Part shown: piece after piece, positions 1-13,519 of the stretch | How the letters are laid out: every line of letters starts with the position of its first letter | How positions within the stretch are numbered: the first letter of the stretch is position 1 | Assembly: GCA_013239625.1 (NCBI GenBank) | Contig: MU053652.1 | Coordinates: forward strand, 3,709,902 to 3,773,901 | Direction of reading: 5' to 3' | DNA from: Lama guanicoe | Taxonomy: Eukaryota | DNA length: 64,000 nucleotides | Notes under the pieces: generated by a model | The model's database searches: none | Told to the model about the DNA's origin: nothing | What the model saw: the letters and a program-made list of their open reading frames with translations, nothing else | Program-made: the position numbers and the translations under genes

Positions 1-369
1 CTTGATACCCAGCTAACATTTGTAATATTCCACTCTCCATTCTCTTTGTATAGACACAATTCAGAGATCTGTTTTCAGCTTACAGATTATTATTTTCAGC
101 CCTTAAAGTGTTTCTCAATTCTTGAGAGTAAAGCAAACATGAATAAGTAGTTTGATTTCAGTTAATGAATCTTAATTGTCCCTTTCTTCTGACATTTTAT
201 TAGTGATATTTAAAAATGTGATACTAATGCCTCCCACTTTGCACTTCCAGTGCTGTTTAGAAGACATTATTTGTCCTGCAGTTTTTCTTTCTCGTGCCAC
301 TAAATTTTGGTATTATCCACATGCATGTACATGTGAAGTATTACGAACTGTGAGAGTAGGTTTTACATA

Positions 370-950
370 TACATCACACCCCATTGTCCTTTAATGCTTT
401 CCTGTATCAGTCATCCTAATGACAGAGATGTTCTCTTATGTAACCACAGTATCGTCCTCAGATTCAGGAACTGAGTATTAATGCAGTACTTTTTCATCTG
501 CTGCCATATTCCAGTTATGTACTTTTTTAGCACCTTTTTTTTTTCGTTTATTAAAGGATCCAGTCCAGTATCATGTATTACACTTAGTTGCCGTGTTTCT
601 TTAAACTACTTTAACCTGGAACAGTTCCTCACCTTTTTATAAAATTTTTAAAGAATAAAGACCAGTTATTGTATAGATGTCTCTCAGTTTGGGTTTGTGT
701 GATTTTTCCTTCTAAGGTTCAGAGTCTGCGTTTAAGGTGAGAAAACCACACAGTGAGATTGTGTCCTCTTCAGGGTGTCCTGTTCAGAGGCACACAGTCT
801 CTCTGTCCTGATACCTGTGTTAATTCTGACCACCTGGTTAAGGTGTTGTCTGGTTTCTCCGTTGTGTAGTTACGGTTTTTCCCTTTCAATCTGTAAGGAG
901 ACACTTAAGACCTTGTATATAGTCTGCTCTTCCTCATACTTTCCCCAACT
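370..950 (-). mobile_element. Ancient L1 (L1MC/ME-type) 3' fragment
   Basis: Degenerate motifs resembling old L1M 3'UTRs in antisense. Confidence 0.5.
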
Positions 951-1078
951 GGGATTCTTTGGGGGTTTTTTAATATGAACTAATAAAAATATTTTTCCTG
1001 ATAATAAAATTAGTTGCCAGATATATGCAACTAACTTTCTAATTTTTAAAAAAATGCCGTTCTTTCCATCTGTTTCAG

Positions 1079-1131
1079 GTCAGGAACTGTGTGTCTAGAT
1101 GTAATTAATCAAACTTGGACAGCTCTCTATG
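1079..1131 (+). CDS. UBE2H: Ubiquitin-conjugating enzyme E2 H, internal coding exon (53 bp, contains the catalytic Cys)
   Basis: tctttccatctgtttcAG acceptor and G|GTGAGT donor; reads (A)SGTVCLDVINQTWTALY(D), matching the UBE2H sequence I recall; upstream exons lie outside the window. Confidence 0.97.
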
Positions 1132-2319
1132 GTGAGTTTGGCCATGGAATATTTTTTAGAGATGTTGAGACACTGCCTAAAAAAATGTTGTTTGGATTTT
1201 CTTCTCTGGTTTAAGATGTTTTGTTGGGAATGGGAAGGGATTTTGAAGTCCTGGTGGGAAAATTTGATCAGTGAAAGAAGTATTTTCTCATGAGTACAAA
1301 CTTCGGGTTAGCAGTGGAAGTTTACAATCATCTTGTAAGATTCTGAAATAAAGGTATAGTGATACACATATGGAGACACATAAATACATATGCAAACATT
1401 TTATATATTTGTGTATTCCAAATACATGTGTATTCCAAAGCACACTGTATACATGTTTATCTGTAATGCCTTTTAGTTTTGTAAAAACTCTTAAGAATGT
1501 CCCTGTGAAATGAGATGATATATTAGGAGGTTTGGGGGATCATCTGTTTCAAAGGTCAAAACTTCATTATGAAGCAAAGAATAATTTAGCCTTACCTTCA
1601 GTTCTGAAATTGACATCTCACCTCTTAGCAGTGAATTAACACATAAATTGAGATCAGAGAGAGAGATTGTATTAGACTTTCTCCCCATGAGCTCCCCAGT
1701 TTGGTTGGGGAGCTAAAAATACTTCTAAATATTTTTAAAGTCAATTAGGGATACAACAAATCTGTCTGTCCTCTCCACGTGTCCAAGTCCTCGGGCTTCA
1801 TAGACTCTCCATGCTCTCATGCCCCTACCCCATGAAGCGTTCCCTGATGCTCCAGATGGAAGTAATCTCTGGACATGCCTACATTTTATAGCTCTTTTTC
1901 TTGTGGCCTGCTTTTACTTTCTACCTTATGTTCGTTGTTTGCACCTACATCTTTTGTGCTACTGGATTATTTCCTGCCCTAAAGGCTGTCAGGATGCCCA
2001 TCTGATTTGTGTTTAAGTCCTCGCACTCCCAGCACGGTGTCTCACACCAGTGTGTGTAAGAATGAGTGGCCCAGACAACAAGCGGTTGCTGAGAGGTACG
2101 GGAGAGGGAATCACTTCAGGTCAGGGTTAACCACAGATGGCTGTCTTTCGTTGAAGAGTTACGAGACCTTTTAGTGATCTTTAAGGTACTCAAGACCCCT
2201 TATTCCATCCAGTCTACGAGTCACCTTGTACTAGGACGGTGCGTGAGAATCACAAAGTAAGGCTGATCACCCACAGCACACAGTTAATTCTTTTTATCCC
2301 CCTCTCCTCCTGATTCGTT

Positions 2320-2640
2320 CAGGAGTTATTTCCTCTGCCTGGAGTTACTATCCCTGATCTTTGTGTGCCTGGCACCTTCTTTTCTCATCTGAAACATGCT
2401 TCCTCAGAGAAGCCTCCTTTCCTAGACATTCCATTTAAAATAACACCCCTCCATAGCACAGCACCCTCTTTGAAAAACCCTAAAATTTGTTTATTATTTA
2501 GCTTGTTCTATCGGATTGTAAGCTCCACAAGAGCAGGGACTTTGTCTCTCGTATAAGTGTGCATGTGTGGGCAAGTGCCTAAAACAGTGGCTAGTATGCA
2601 GTAAGGGTTCAGATATTTGTTGAATTAATGAGTGAATTGA
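2320..2640 (+). mobile_element. L2 LINE 3' fragment
   Basis: ttgtaagctccacaagagcagggactttgtct...atatttgttgaattaatgagtgaat is a typical L2 3' end. Confidence 0.65.
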
Positions 2641-2994
2641 TCATGCCCAGTACTGTTATTAACATGAGCATTTTAAGGAAACAACAGCTTATGAGGAGAT
2701 GAGGTGACAAGAAAGAACATATACTCTGAGATTGATTAAATGGATTCCTTTTAAGATGATATTTTTGGTAAAAATATCTTATGGCAGGCTGCCTGGAATA
2801 TCTGATGTAATGATGTGTTTTCTTAAATTGCATTCACATTTTAGAAATATACATAAGGAAATACTGCAAGCTGGTTCCAATTACAATAAAGTAAATTGGA
2901 TTTTAGTTTAACTAATTCTTTTACTATTGACCAGAAAAGCTTTGTGGAAGAGGTTTGCTTATTTTCAAGTACTTCACGTCTCAGAACACTTTTA

Positions 2995-3607
2995 AAAAAA
3001 TAACAGTTTTATTAAATTATAATTCACATATGTAAAATATGCCATTTAGGTAGTTTTTAGTATATTCAGTTATGTACAACCATTACCACATTGTTATCAT
3101 AGAACATTTTCATCACCTCAAAAGGAAACCCTGTACCCTTTAGCTGTCAACCCCTTATCTCTGGGCCCTAGGCAACAACTAACCTACTTTCTGTTTGTAT
3201 AGATTTGCCTATTCTGGACATTTCTTATAAATGGAATTATACAATACATGCACTTTTGTGACTTTTTTTCATTTCATATGATGTTTTCAGCATCCATCAA
3301 TGTTGTAGCATGTATCAACACTTCTTTCTTTTTTTATGGCCAAATAATCCTGCATTGTACGGATGTCATTTTTATCTGTCAGGTCATAATTTGGATTGTT
3401 TACACCTTTTTAGCCATTATGGATAGTACCTCTATAAATATTTGTGCACAAGTTTCTATGTAGACCTATGTTTTCATTTCTCTTGGGTATGTACCTAGGC
3501 ATAGAATTGCTGGATGATATGGCAGCTTTGTTTAACCATTTGAGGAACTGACCTTTTTTCAAAGCAGTACTATTGTACATTCCCGCCAGCAGGTGTATGA
3601 GGTTCAC
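2995..3607 (-). mobile_element. L1MB-type LINE 3' fragment
   Basis: tagaacattttcatcacctcaaaaggaaaccctgtaccc and tctcttgggtatgtacctaggcatagaattgctgg; minus-strand ORF 3410-3607 resembles a degenerate ORF2 C-terminus. Confidence 0.8.
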
Positions 3608-6600
3608 AATAGACTTTGAAGCGAAAGGCCAACATGACTTAAGGTTTCATCACATCTATAAAATGTTAGAATATGTTCTTGTATTACCTTGCAAAGCATT
3701 TAGTAAGTAACAAGAATTAAACCACATTGGTCAAAGCGAATTTTGATTTCCATGTTACATGTGTATGAGTTACCGATAAGTGTTCATAATACAAGAGCAC
3801 GGACACACAGGTAAGTTTAGGAAACCACAGAGAAAATATTTTTAGAGTGTAGTCAAAATTATACTCAGCATGGGAGAATTGTTTTGACATTTTGCGCAAA
3901 CCCAAACTATTCCTCAAGAAAATTCAATATTTCTTTCATGGAAAGTTTTAGGAACAGGTAAATACAATTTATGTGAATGTACTGGTAGAAAGGGTTGCTT
4001 CAAATAACCTTGAAGTTTCTTTTAGACCTATCTGATCTTGAGATCTAAACTGAATTTTTATTGCAAGCTGCTAAACCCTCTGGCATCGAAGGTTAGTTCA
4101 TAATTGGTGAATTTTGAATCATTCAATTTCCTGCTGTGATTCTTGAGAGAATTTTAGTTCAAAGGACAAAAAAATTAATTTAATATGAAACAACTAATAG
4201 GAGAAAATTGGCAAGTTAACACGAATATTCAACTGAAAAGCAGAAGGCTTAGCTTGGTAACTAAAACTTGTTCCAACACCTCTACTGTATAATATGGTAG
4301 GGAGCAGGGAGTTACTTGTGAAATTTCCTGCAATTAACTTTGCTGCAGGGCATGTACTGTGCAATAGATATTCGTATTTTTTTATTATAACAGCAATTCC
4401 CAGTTGAAATCTCAGCTTTATACTCATCATAACCTGATAATAAACCATGTTTATGTTTATAGCAAATTTAGTCCTCTGTTCTTTACCTCCACCACCACCA
4501 CCCGGAAAAAGAAAATTGATTTCTGGCAGCCCATTTGACTCATTGCTTCTGTTCTCCTCCTGTTTTCCTTTGCCAAGTGTACATGCAGTTTGTTCATTCA
4601 GAAGCTCAGAATTGGTATACTTGTAGTTTAATCACCCAGTAATTTTTAATTTTATGTTATTTAACCGTGTAAGAGAGCTAGTTATAGTGGGTAATATGGT
4701 TAATTTTGTAAAGATGTTTGTCATCAATATAAAGTTATCTATTGAGTATAAAGTTTCTATTGTTACTCTTTGTGACGTTAAAAGGAAAGTAGCAGATGCC
4801 ATCACAAAATTGATTCATTTTGGCTTCTGGGATGATAACATCTTTTTTCACTTCTTTTTTTTTTTTTTTTAAATATCCCTTCCTGCTCTTCCAGACAGCA
4901 ATGATAAAAGCTCTGGAAAACTTAAAATTCAGCCAAGGGGATCTAGATTTCAGTTTCAGAAGCAACTGTAATTTTAAAGGCTGATGAAAGGAAAGTTCAT
5001 CAAGTCATAGGTAGCTTTATAAGATCCCCTTCTGTTTTCCTCTTTACTCTGAAATATAGTTTATCCATAGTTGTGTTTTTAGCCCACACTCCTGGAAACA
5101 CCTTCACTGCAATGCACCTTCAGTTTCCCTGCTGCCCTTCTGGGCCACACATAACTCGACCCTCGCAAATTGTGCTTCTCTTGCCAGTCATTTTACTCAT
5201 TTCTCGACTGACTCTGTAAATTACCTGTTTTGTGGATTAAGTTGTGGACAAGTAATGTGGAAGACAATTTTCTTATGAAATTGAGCAGTTTATAATTTTA
5301 TTCTCACCCTTAGGGTTGCTAGCCAATGGAGTGGATACTCCTCTTATTTTGCCAGTGAGAAAAATCAACATTTTGGAAATTACTTCCCCTCAAGTCATCT
5401 GAGGAGTCAATAACAGACAAATGAAGTTGACTGCAACAAAAGGAATGCTTCAGGGACTTTGAGATTGGAATTAGACAAGAGAAGCTGCTTTTTTTTTTTT
5501 TACTAGGCATTCAGAAACATTTTAAGTCATAAACTCATTTAATAGTACTGTGGCCTAATGATTTTAAACTGCTAAGTGAATTTAGGCCTCTCCATGTTGG
5601 AAATAAGTTGTTATTACGTCCCTCTTTTTAGTTAGGTAGCCAGTGAATCTTTCTAAACAATTCAGATTTTGGCTGAGGGTAACTATATCTTAAAATAATG
5701 CTTTATGTTGCATTAGTGTTTGCTAGCAATGTTTCTAGACATTTTAGTGTAGTTATACAGACAAGAGATACATTTATCTGCATGGATGATTGGCCAACAA
5801 CTAATGTTTGAACAGGCTTGAGAACTCAGTATTGATCCATCCATGTTGGAATCTCACAAACATCATCCTACTTTTGGAACAGCTGGATGTCATTATGAGT
5901 CTCCTAGAAAGAGGCCAGGTAGAGCAGTTTCTTTCTAGTGCTATGGGAGAAATAGCTGTAGTAGATAAAGAAGAAATACGCTGAGTTTTAGATTTGATGA
6001 TTTGAACAGTGCTTGCTAGCTCCGTGATCCACCTCCTTTGTCTGCTTTTAGATATTCAGATTTGGTGTTGGTACGTGGCCCAAGAGTTTAATTAGCTGTA
6101 CACAGAAAAATGGAGACTTCCTGGGTTGAACAACTTAGTGGAAATTCATTAAAAACACCAAATTCACATTCACTGGTGTTCAGCACTAGAACCGTGGAGT
6201 GGTTCAGGCCTTGTGGATCGTGGGACGTGAACCAGGGTATGGCCCTGAAGGACAGCCACAGCTGTGTTCTTTTCTTTGGAGCTGTAGTTTCAGAGCTCAG
6301 TTGTGATTATATGGATTTGTTTTCTCTTCGTTTGTTTGTCATCACTATGTGTAAGGAAAGCCTTTCCCCCAAGCATGGCCACTTATTTTATAATTGCATC
6401 TTGTTTTTTTCTGACATTAAAGACAAACTAAATTATTGTCTAGTAATATAAAACTTTAATAATGAGTTTTAGTATGACTGTAAGAATACCCAACTAGCTA
6501 ATTATACATTAACTGCCCTCATTTCTAGAAGGATAATAACAAATCCTATTACTGTGGTTTAGCTTGCACTTTTTTAAGGTAGTCAGGATCATACCAGGTT

Positions 6601-7049
6601 TAAACTAGGATGAATGACCTCTAAAGTACACCTAAGTAAGGTGGGAAGTGTTTTGAGATTGACATGGCAAGCGTTTTTGATGTACAAGAGCCTGTTTTCT
6701 TCATTCTGATCGGTGTAGTAGCATTCATTTCCTCTTGCAGATCTCTACAGTTTAAATACATTGGGAGGAGGGAGTTGCAGTTAGGCAGTGGGTGAGAGAG
6801 GATTTTCTCAGTAAGTGGAATTCTTTAAAATGTTCTGTGTTCTGAAATTACATACCTCTGATAGGTGACCTGGTGATCTGGCACTTCAAGGTATGTATCT
6901 GGTATTCCTCCAGGCTTTAGTACCCTGTGTCTTTCACAGTCCTCCTTCCTACATATAAAACAGGAGTACCTGTTTTTAGCTTGGAATACTTAAAAGCCTG
7001 TAATGCTGTCAGTGGTGAGATTAAGTATATCTGTCATGAATATTGCTGA

Positions 7050-7180
7050 GGGGAGGGTATAGCTCAGTGGTAGAGTGTGCTTAGCATGCACAAGGTCCTG
7101 GATTCAATCCCCAGTACCTCCATTTAAAAAATAATAATAATAAATAAATGCAGATAAAACCTAATAACCTTCCTCCCCTC
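7050..7180 (+). mobile_element. tRNA-derived SINE (camelid Vic-1-like)
   Basis: ggggagggtatagctcagtggtagag (A box), ggattcaatccc (B-box-like), A-rich tail. Confidence 0.85.
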
Positions 7181-10100
7181 TGTGGGGAGAAGGGGAAATA
7201 ACAAGTGTAAAATACTGGGCTTTAAAAAGAAAAAAAAATAGAGGAAAAAAGAATAAAAAAAGTTCTTTTAAATGAAGTGACAATATAAATTGTCAAATTA
7301 AAAAATATAGCAAAAATTCTTCAGATGTTTAATTCTTACTAATTCTGCTAATTGCATACTCTCTTTTAAAAGGTGTGAGAAAGGAAGAGTTTTGTTTTAT
7401 GCAGGCATGACCCTCTTTATGAGACGTTATTCTGTCTTTAAAAGATATCTATGGATTAACATGAGAACACGTGTAAATCTAATGAGTTCAGACCTTTTAT
7501 ATACTTTTATCCACGCGGGAGACCCTCTCAGTTAAGTGATAGGGTACATTCTTGAACATATCATCTAGCACAGTGGTTTGCTGGATTTCATTGAAGCATG
7601 TTGGAATTTGGTGAACTAAACACAGCATGGCAAGCCTTGTGGCCAGCTGGTTCTGTGCCACAGTGCCACAGCAAGTCTTTGTCGTGGTCTGCTTCAGCTT
7701 GCCATGTTTGTGCCCTCAAAAAGGCTTTCCTCATTGAAGTTAGGTTCAAATTAGTTAGTGTTTAGTCTCAAAGCCATTTCTTTTTAAAAGCCCGCCTGCC
7801 TATCTGAGGGCATTTCTCCTGATTGGCTTTATTGAAGTCTTCCTCTATGGGATGTCTGTCACCTTTTAGGACCCTCTGCTTACTCAGTCTTTCATACATA
7901 ACACCTGCTTGGTCAAATGCAGTGCTGATCCTCCAGCTGAAGAGAGAGGTTTCTGGCTCCCCCTCCTTTTGTGAGGGTAGAATTTCACTGTTTTTAGTAT
8001 TCACAGACTATAAGTAGAAGAAAAATTAAAGTGAAAAACTCAAACTCATCATTAATAGTACAACTTCTTAAGGGCTGACAAAAGAGTAGAAAAGTAAGGA
8101 TCTGTTAATTAACCCCAAATTATTAAATAACCGGAGGAAATCTGGAGATTTTATTTTGCCCTGTTTCAATCTTATAAACTTGGACTACACGTATGTTAGT
8201 TAGTACATGTGTTTTTATACATATAGTAGATCCCCCCCCAAAAAAAAACTTGAATGAATGAAATGGAATTTTATGATTGGTTTTATTTTGAACACACGGC
8301 TATAAATCCATGGCTTGCTTAGCAATCATGATGAATTAGTTTCTTATAAGATGAGCAAAGTCAATCAATGGGATTTTGAAAGGTCAGCTGCTAATTTTCT
8401 CTAGCAAATCAAGGATAACATGGTTTTAACTCCTAGATAATCTCAACTTATTTAGCCATAAACTTCAACTATAATGGCCAAAAGCCATGGAAATAAGGAA
8501 GTCATAGAGTTACCAGTTCTGGGCCACTAGAATCGACTCCTTGTGGGTTTTGACCGTCTTTTTACTTCTTTAATTGTGGGGTTTTTCTTTCTCTTTTTGC
8601 AGCCCTGCTCCCTATTGATATGAAACATAGAATGTCTTAGGGAGCTGTGGCTAGCTCAGTGATTGTCACCTTGGGAGGCCAGGGGTCCTTCTCCAGGAGG
8701 GAGGGGGTCAGTGAAATATAAGTCTGTTTGGATAGCATGCTTCTGGAGTATGAGGTTTTGAAGGAAAACAAGAACTTGCTATTGATGAGAAATGACCTGA
8801 GTGATTGTTTTAAGGACATGTTCTCTGATTGCAAAGGCAAGAGTTTGGAGCCTGGAAGGCCATCCAGAGACGGTTGTCCTGATCCATGTCTGGAAAGATA
8901 TATTGGGCTTGATGTAGTTACATGCCAGGGGAAACGGAAGGGGAACTAGAGGCATTTCATTAGGACAAGTAGTGACTCTGAGAAGTTGGCTGAGTACAAG
9001 GAATAAAAGAGGAAGGCCTAACTGAGGTCCTTCCAGAGATTCAGAGCCTAGGGACAAGGATGTTGCAGGAGAAAGGTAATAGGTTTTCAGAGAAATAATT
9101 TTAGGTGTGTCAAGTTTAAGAAGAGAAATGTAAAGGACTGATTAGGAGGTTTGGTAGTTATCAACATAGACTTATTTCTTTGAAATTGAAAGATGATGAG
9201 CTTCCTGGAGTAACAGTATATAAAATATACTGTGTATTAATACAAAGACCACAGAATTCACACTGCTGTGCAAGTGGCTGATGTCTTTCCAAACAAGTTT
9301 TTCTGCATGTTACTTGTTTGGCTTTAAAAAGAAGGAACCCAGGGCATTGGGCATCTGGGGGACAAGGAGTAGGGTGAGAAAAGGGGGCAGGATAGGCGGT
9401 ACTGGAGAAGGGAGGAGTGGCTTTGATGGCTGGTGGTGCCTGGCTGTGACTGTACTGTATGATGGTGTATTTTCTGAGTTACAGCATTTGGGGTGTTAAA
9501 TATGAAAAAACAAGTGAAGATTATGTAAGTTCCAGTCTCTGAGAGGACTGCCTGGTAATTGTGGTTCCTGGTAGGGCTGACCACATCAGGCTTCAGCATC
9601 CACAGGGTTTTAACCTGAAGATAGCAGCATGCTTTGTAAAAGTTTCCATTTTAATGTTCAAAGGAAATAGAGGAAGAAGAAATAACTTATGGTCACTGGT
9701 TCGTAAACAACCGAGAATAAAACATGAGATATGTGATTCATCCCCTCCTGTGTTTTCTTTAAGCCTTGTACCCGTCTTTTTGTGAGTCACCTGGAGTAGG
9801 GTGGCTATACTTTAAGAATTGGTGCATTTGTGTGTGTGTGACTCATTTTAATTAACATGTATTCCTTGAGGGATACAAGTAGCTGAAATTTCTTCTGAGA
9901 AGATGGCATATCTGTATTAATATTTTAGTCTAGTCCTTTGATGCAGTTTGAAACCTGTTTTATAGTCATTTTTAGTAACGTGTACTACTTCTTGCAGTAT
10001 TATACTTCTCTTTTTGCAGATGAAGAAATTGAGATGCAGAGAGGAAGAGACCTGCTTTCCTACCTATAGTTTGGAATACCTCCACCTGGAGGAAGTGATG

Positions 10101-10269
10101 GTGATAGCAGTGTGCAGAAAAAGAATGATGAGAGGGTCAGGGAGGGCTACTAAATTAGAGCCTCTTGTCAGCTTAGCTGCCAAGACCTCTGAACATTTTC
10201 TTGAGCTAGAGAACCTACAAGCAAATAGCTCTTTCCATTTGGTCTCTGAGGACAGGGATGTGTAAGGGA

Positions 10270-10420
10270 GGTAGTGCATTTCTGCACACACATCACACAT
10301 GCAGATGCCAGCCTGTCCTAAGTCAGAATCTCTGGGGTAGGTTTGAGGCCTCAGCATGCATATTTGAAAAAAAAACTCCATGCGTAATTCTTATGGACAG
10401 TCAGGACCGAGACTCGCCCA
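10270..10420. mobile_element. MER5-like hAT-Charlie fragment
   Basis: agtcagaatctctggggtagg...gcatatttgaaaaaaaaactcc...aattctt resembles MER5. Confidence 0.45.
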
Positions 10421-11799
10421 AGACTCTGGACTGAGTAGGGTAAATGATGCTGCTTTAGATGAGAGATCAGTATGATCTGAGTGTTTTTAAAAATTAAATA
10501 TGAATATAAATCATAATGTGCTTCAGCTGAAGTCTGAGTGTTGTAACATTGTTAACATTAATACTATAAGGTTAGGCTGAAGAATCAGTCTTAATGGACT
10601 GTATTTTGAGAAGTGCTGATTTAGTCCAAGGCAAAAGTAAGAGCTGTTTGCTCATCAGAATTTAGACTTCTCAGGGATCTTGGGACTTCCTTTAAAAATT
10701 AAGGCAGCCAGTAATGGAGCCAGCTGACTAATCTCTAGGTTGGGTAGCCTATGTCAGGCGCTCTCCCTTTCAAAAAAATGAAAGGTTAATGTTTTTCTAA
10801 AAAGAGTTGAACTGATTTATTAACAATTTCAGGGGAAAAAATGTTTATTATGATGGATTTTTTTCCAAAGATGAGTATCTTTAGTTCATTCTTGGTTTAT
10901 AGTTTATGTCTCTTCTACCAGAACACTTATCTTGAAAGCAGATTTTGTGCACATCTGCATGTCTGAGAGATGTTTCTTTGTGGAGGACCCTCTCAATGGT
11001 AGTCACTCTGTTAGCCACTTTCAGGAATACTTTACTGTTTTAAAATGGCCATGACCACAACATCCTGGCCTTCAGAAGCTGTCATCTTCACCCCAAACTG
11101 GGCTGCGTACTTTTCCTTTTCTGCTCTTCTGTTTTAGAGTTATGACTCAGCACTTCTGTAAAATGGATCAAAAGTATGTTAATGCCTGAAGACAGTAGAC
11201 ACAGGAAGGAAAAACCAATCACTGAGGGTTCTTTTATTTGTTTTGGACAAATATGTAAGGCAAAGCCACTTATTGGTAGTTTGAAAACCTTGAAAGTAGT
11301 GGGGAAGGGTATAAAATCTTTTCCTGGAACACATGAAACACCTAGTTATGAGACATGTCTGCAGTATTTCTCAAATCCTGAAGGACTTCTGAACTGAAAG
11401 AGAGTAAAACCTGCACTTTATTGTTTTCTTCAAGTTCTTTGTTGTTTGATAGGAACATTCAGCTATTAAATCTTTTGGGAGCAGCACCTGTAATGCTGAT
11501 ATGGCAGGAGAGGCCCCCAGTTCAGTATGTGTGGGTATCTGTGAACAGCCACAGGCTGTTTCCTGTGTTTGAGCTACTTGAAAACAAGCCACACTGCCTC
11601 TGTGAAATACCTGACAGTTCAGCCAAGAAACTCTTGAACATTCTCTGCTTAGGGACCATCCTGTTGGCCTTGAACTTGTGAGAAAGGAAAACTTTGGGGA
11701 GGGAGGTGACCATGCCTGAAGGTATACAATTCTGATGCAGGGATGTGGGGAGCTTGTCCCTTCATGGTTGAGACAGTGTTCCTTTTATCTATTAAGAGA

Positions 11800-12020
11800 A
11801 GCAGTGTAATTGAAAAGCCCAGGTTTGAAACCCAGTTCCTTGGGTAAGTTACCTAACCTCTCTGTGCTTCATTTTCCCCATATGCAGAATGGAGATAGTA
11901 ATGGTACCTATCTCATTGGCTGTAGTAAAATTAAGAGTGTCTATGTGAAGTGTTTACAGGGCCTGGCTTACAGTAAGGGCTGTGTAAGTGTAAACTGTTG
12001 CCGCTGTTACTATTACTGTT
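11800..12020 (+). mobile_element. MIR SINE
   Basis: ccttgggtaagttacctaacctctctgtgcttcattttccccatatgcagaatggagatagtaatggtacct is the MIR core. Confidence 0.85.
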
Positions 12021-12789
12021 ACTGTTACTAATGTTACTCTAAACTCTTCCCTGCTCTGAGGTCATGTTCAATTTGTAAAACTTCTGATTCACACTTTTTG
12101 TTCTCCTTAATTTGCTTACCGTTTGGCATTTTCTGCCACTGCCTTGGTAGCCCATCCACTTAAGGATAAAGAGAGGAAAATTTTTTTCAGAATTTTTGTG
12201 TTTTATTAAATGTTTCAAACATACGCAAAAGTTGAAAGGACATATTTATAGGAAAATGCTATTTTTACAGGTAAACGAAGTAAAATGTCATTTGAAGTGT
12301 GAAATGTAGAAATTACAAGCCTGTTGCTTTAACATAACTTTTAAAATATTCTTATACACACTGTGTACATCATAATTCTAGAGAATATACTATTTTACAG
12401 ACTTTCCACTCAGAGTGTGAGCATTTTTCTCTGTCCCTTAGCCTTTACAGATAGTTCACAATGATTTTGTACAATGAATAATTATTGGTTTGTTAAATAT
12501 GTTGCTTCATTTTTTTAAAAAAAAAAAAAAAGTAAAACAATGGTGAAAATCCTGCCACAAATTGTTGGGGTTGTCTTGGAATATCATTTTTCTGTGCTTT
12601 TAGATTAAGAATCTCTGCATTTGTTTCCTGGTATGTGAGAATTTTACTATAATGTGGTTCTTTAGAAAGCTAGCCTTATCAATAATACCAAGTCCTTAAC
12701 TTGGGGTTGAAGGTAAACCTGCTCTTTGTACTGACAGATGAATGAGAACAGGACTGCTGGCTGTCATGGGATTGTCCATCCATCACTCT

Positions 12790-12998
12790 CTGAGTTGTTC
12801 AGTATGAGATCTGTGAGCCACATGTAGTTATTTAAGATTAATTTGGTTAGAATTAAATGAAATGAAAAATTCAGTTCCTCACAGTCAAACCAGCTGTATT
12901 TCACATGCTCAACAGCCACATGTGGCTAGTGGCTGCCATACTGGTAGCAGATACAGAACATTTTTGTCATTGGAGAAAGTTCTGTTAAATAGTGCAGC
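12790..12998 (-). mobile_element. MER3 (hAT-Charlie) non-autonomous DNA transposon
   Basis: aaattcagttcctc...agccacatgtggctagtggctgccata...agaacattt...agaaagttct. Confidence 0.8.
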
Positions 12999-13079
12999 TC
13001 TAGGTCATTCTGACTGCTCAGTTTCTTAACTTTATAGCGACAAGGAAGAGCTGCTTCTTGCTTGTAGGATTTTCTAGAG

Positions 13080-13287
13080 CAGAGGTCAGGAAATGTTGAC
13101 TGCCTGGTTTTGTGTATAAAGTTTTATTGGAACATAGCCACACCCACTTGTTTATCTGTTATTTGTGGCTGCTTTTGTGCTGTGGTGGTGGAGCTGAGTG
13201 TTGAGTAGCTGTGACAGACCAAATGTGGCCCACAAAGCCTAAGTTAGTATTTACTCTGGCCCTTTACGAAAAAGTTGGCTGACCCTT
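13080..13287. mobile_element. MER58A (hAT-Charlie)
   Basis: taaagttttattggaacatagccacacccacttgttt...ggcccacaaagcctaa...tggccctttacgaaaaagttggctgaccc. Confidence 0.85.
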
Positions 13288-13298
13288 TTTATCTAGAC

Positions 13299-13519
13299 CA
13301 GGGTTTTTGAACCTCTGCATTATTGACATTGTGGTTGTGCAGGGCTATCCTGTGCATTGTACTGTAGTAGGGTGTTAGCAGCGTCCTGGCCTCTGTCCAC
13401 TAGGTGCTGGTGGCACCACCTACCCCCTCCCTCACCCAGTTGTGACAACCACATCTCTCTCCACGCATTGCCAAGTGGCCGCGGGGGGGAGCAAAATCAC
13501 CCCTGGCTGAGAACTACTA
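13299..13519. mobile_element. MER20 (hAT-Charlie)
   Basis: cagggtttttgaacct...tattgacatt...cagttgtgacaacc...gcaaaatcacccctggctgagaactact; flanked by ATCTAGAC and ATCTAAAG. Confidence 0.85.

Noticed and set aside
7050..7125. tRNA-like sequences with A and B boxes (also at 34391-34458, 36278-36353, 51734-51810)
   Set aside because: Diverged copies with A-rich tails, mostly with target-site duplications; these are SINEs, not tRNA genes
8570..8640. Strong-looking splice acceptor (tttttctttctctttttgcAG) in the UBE2H intron
   Set aside because: No convincing donor nearby; similar tracts at ~6740 and ~10019 suggest chance in T-rich intron sequence
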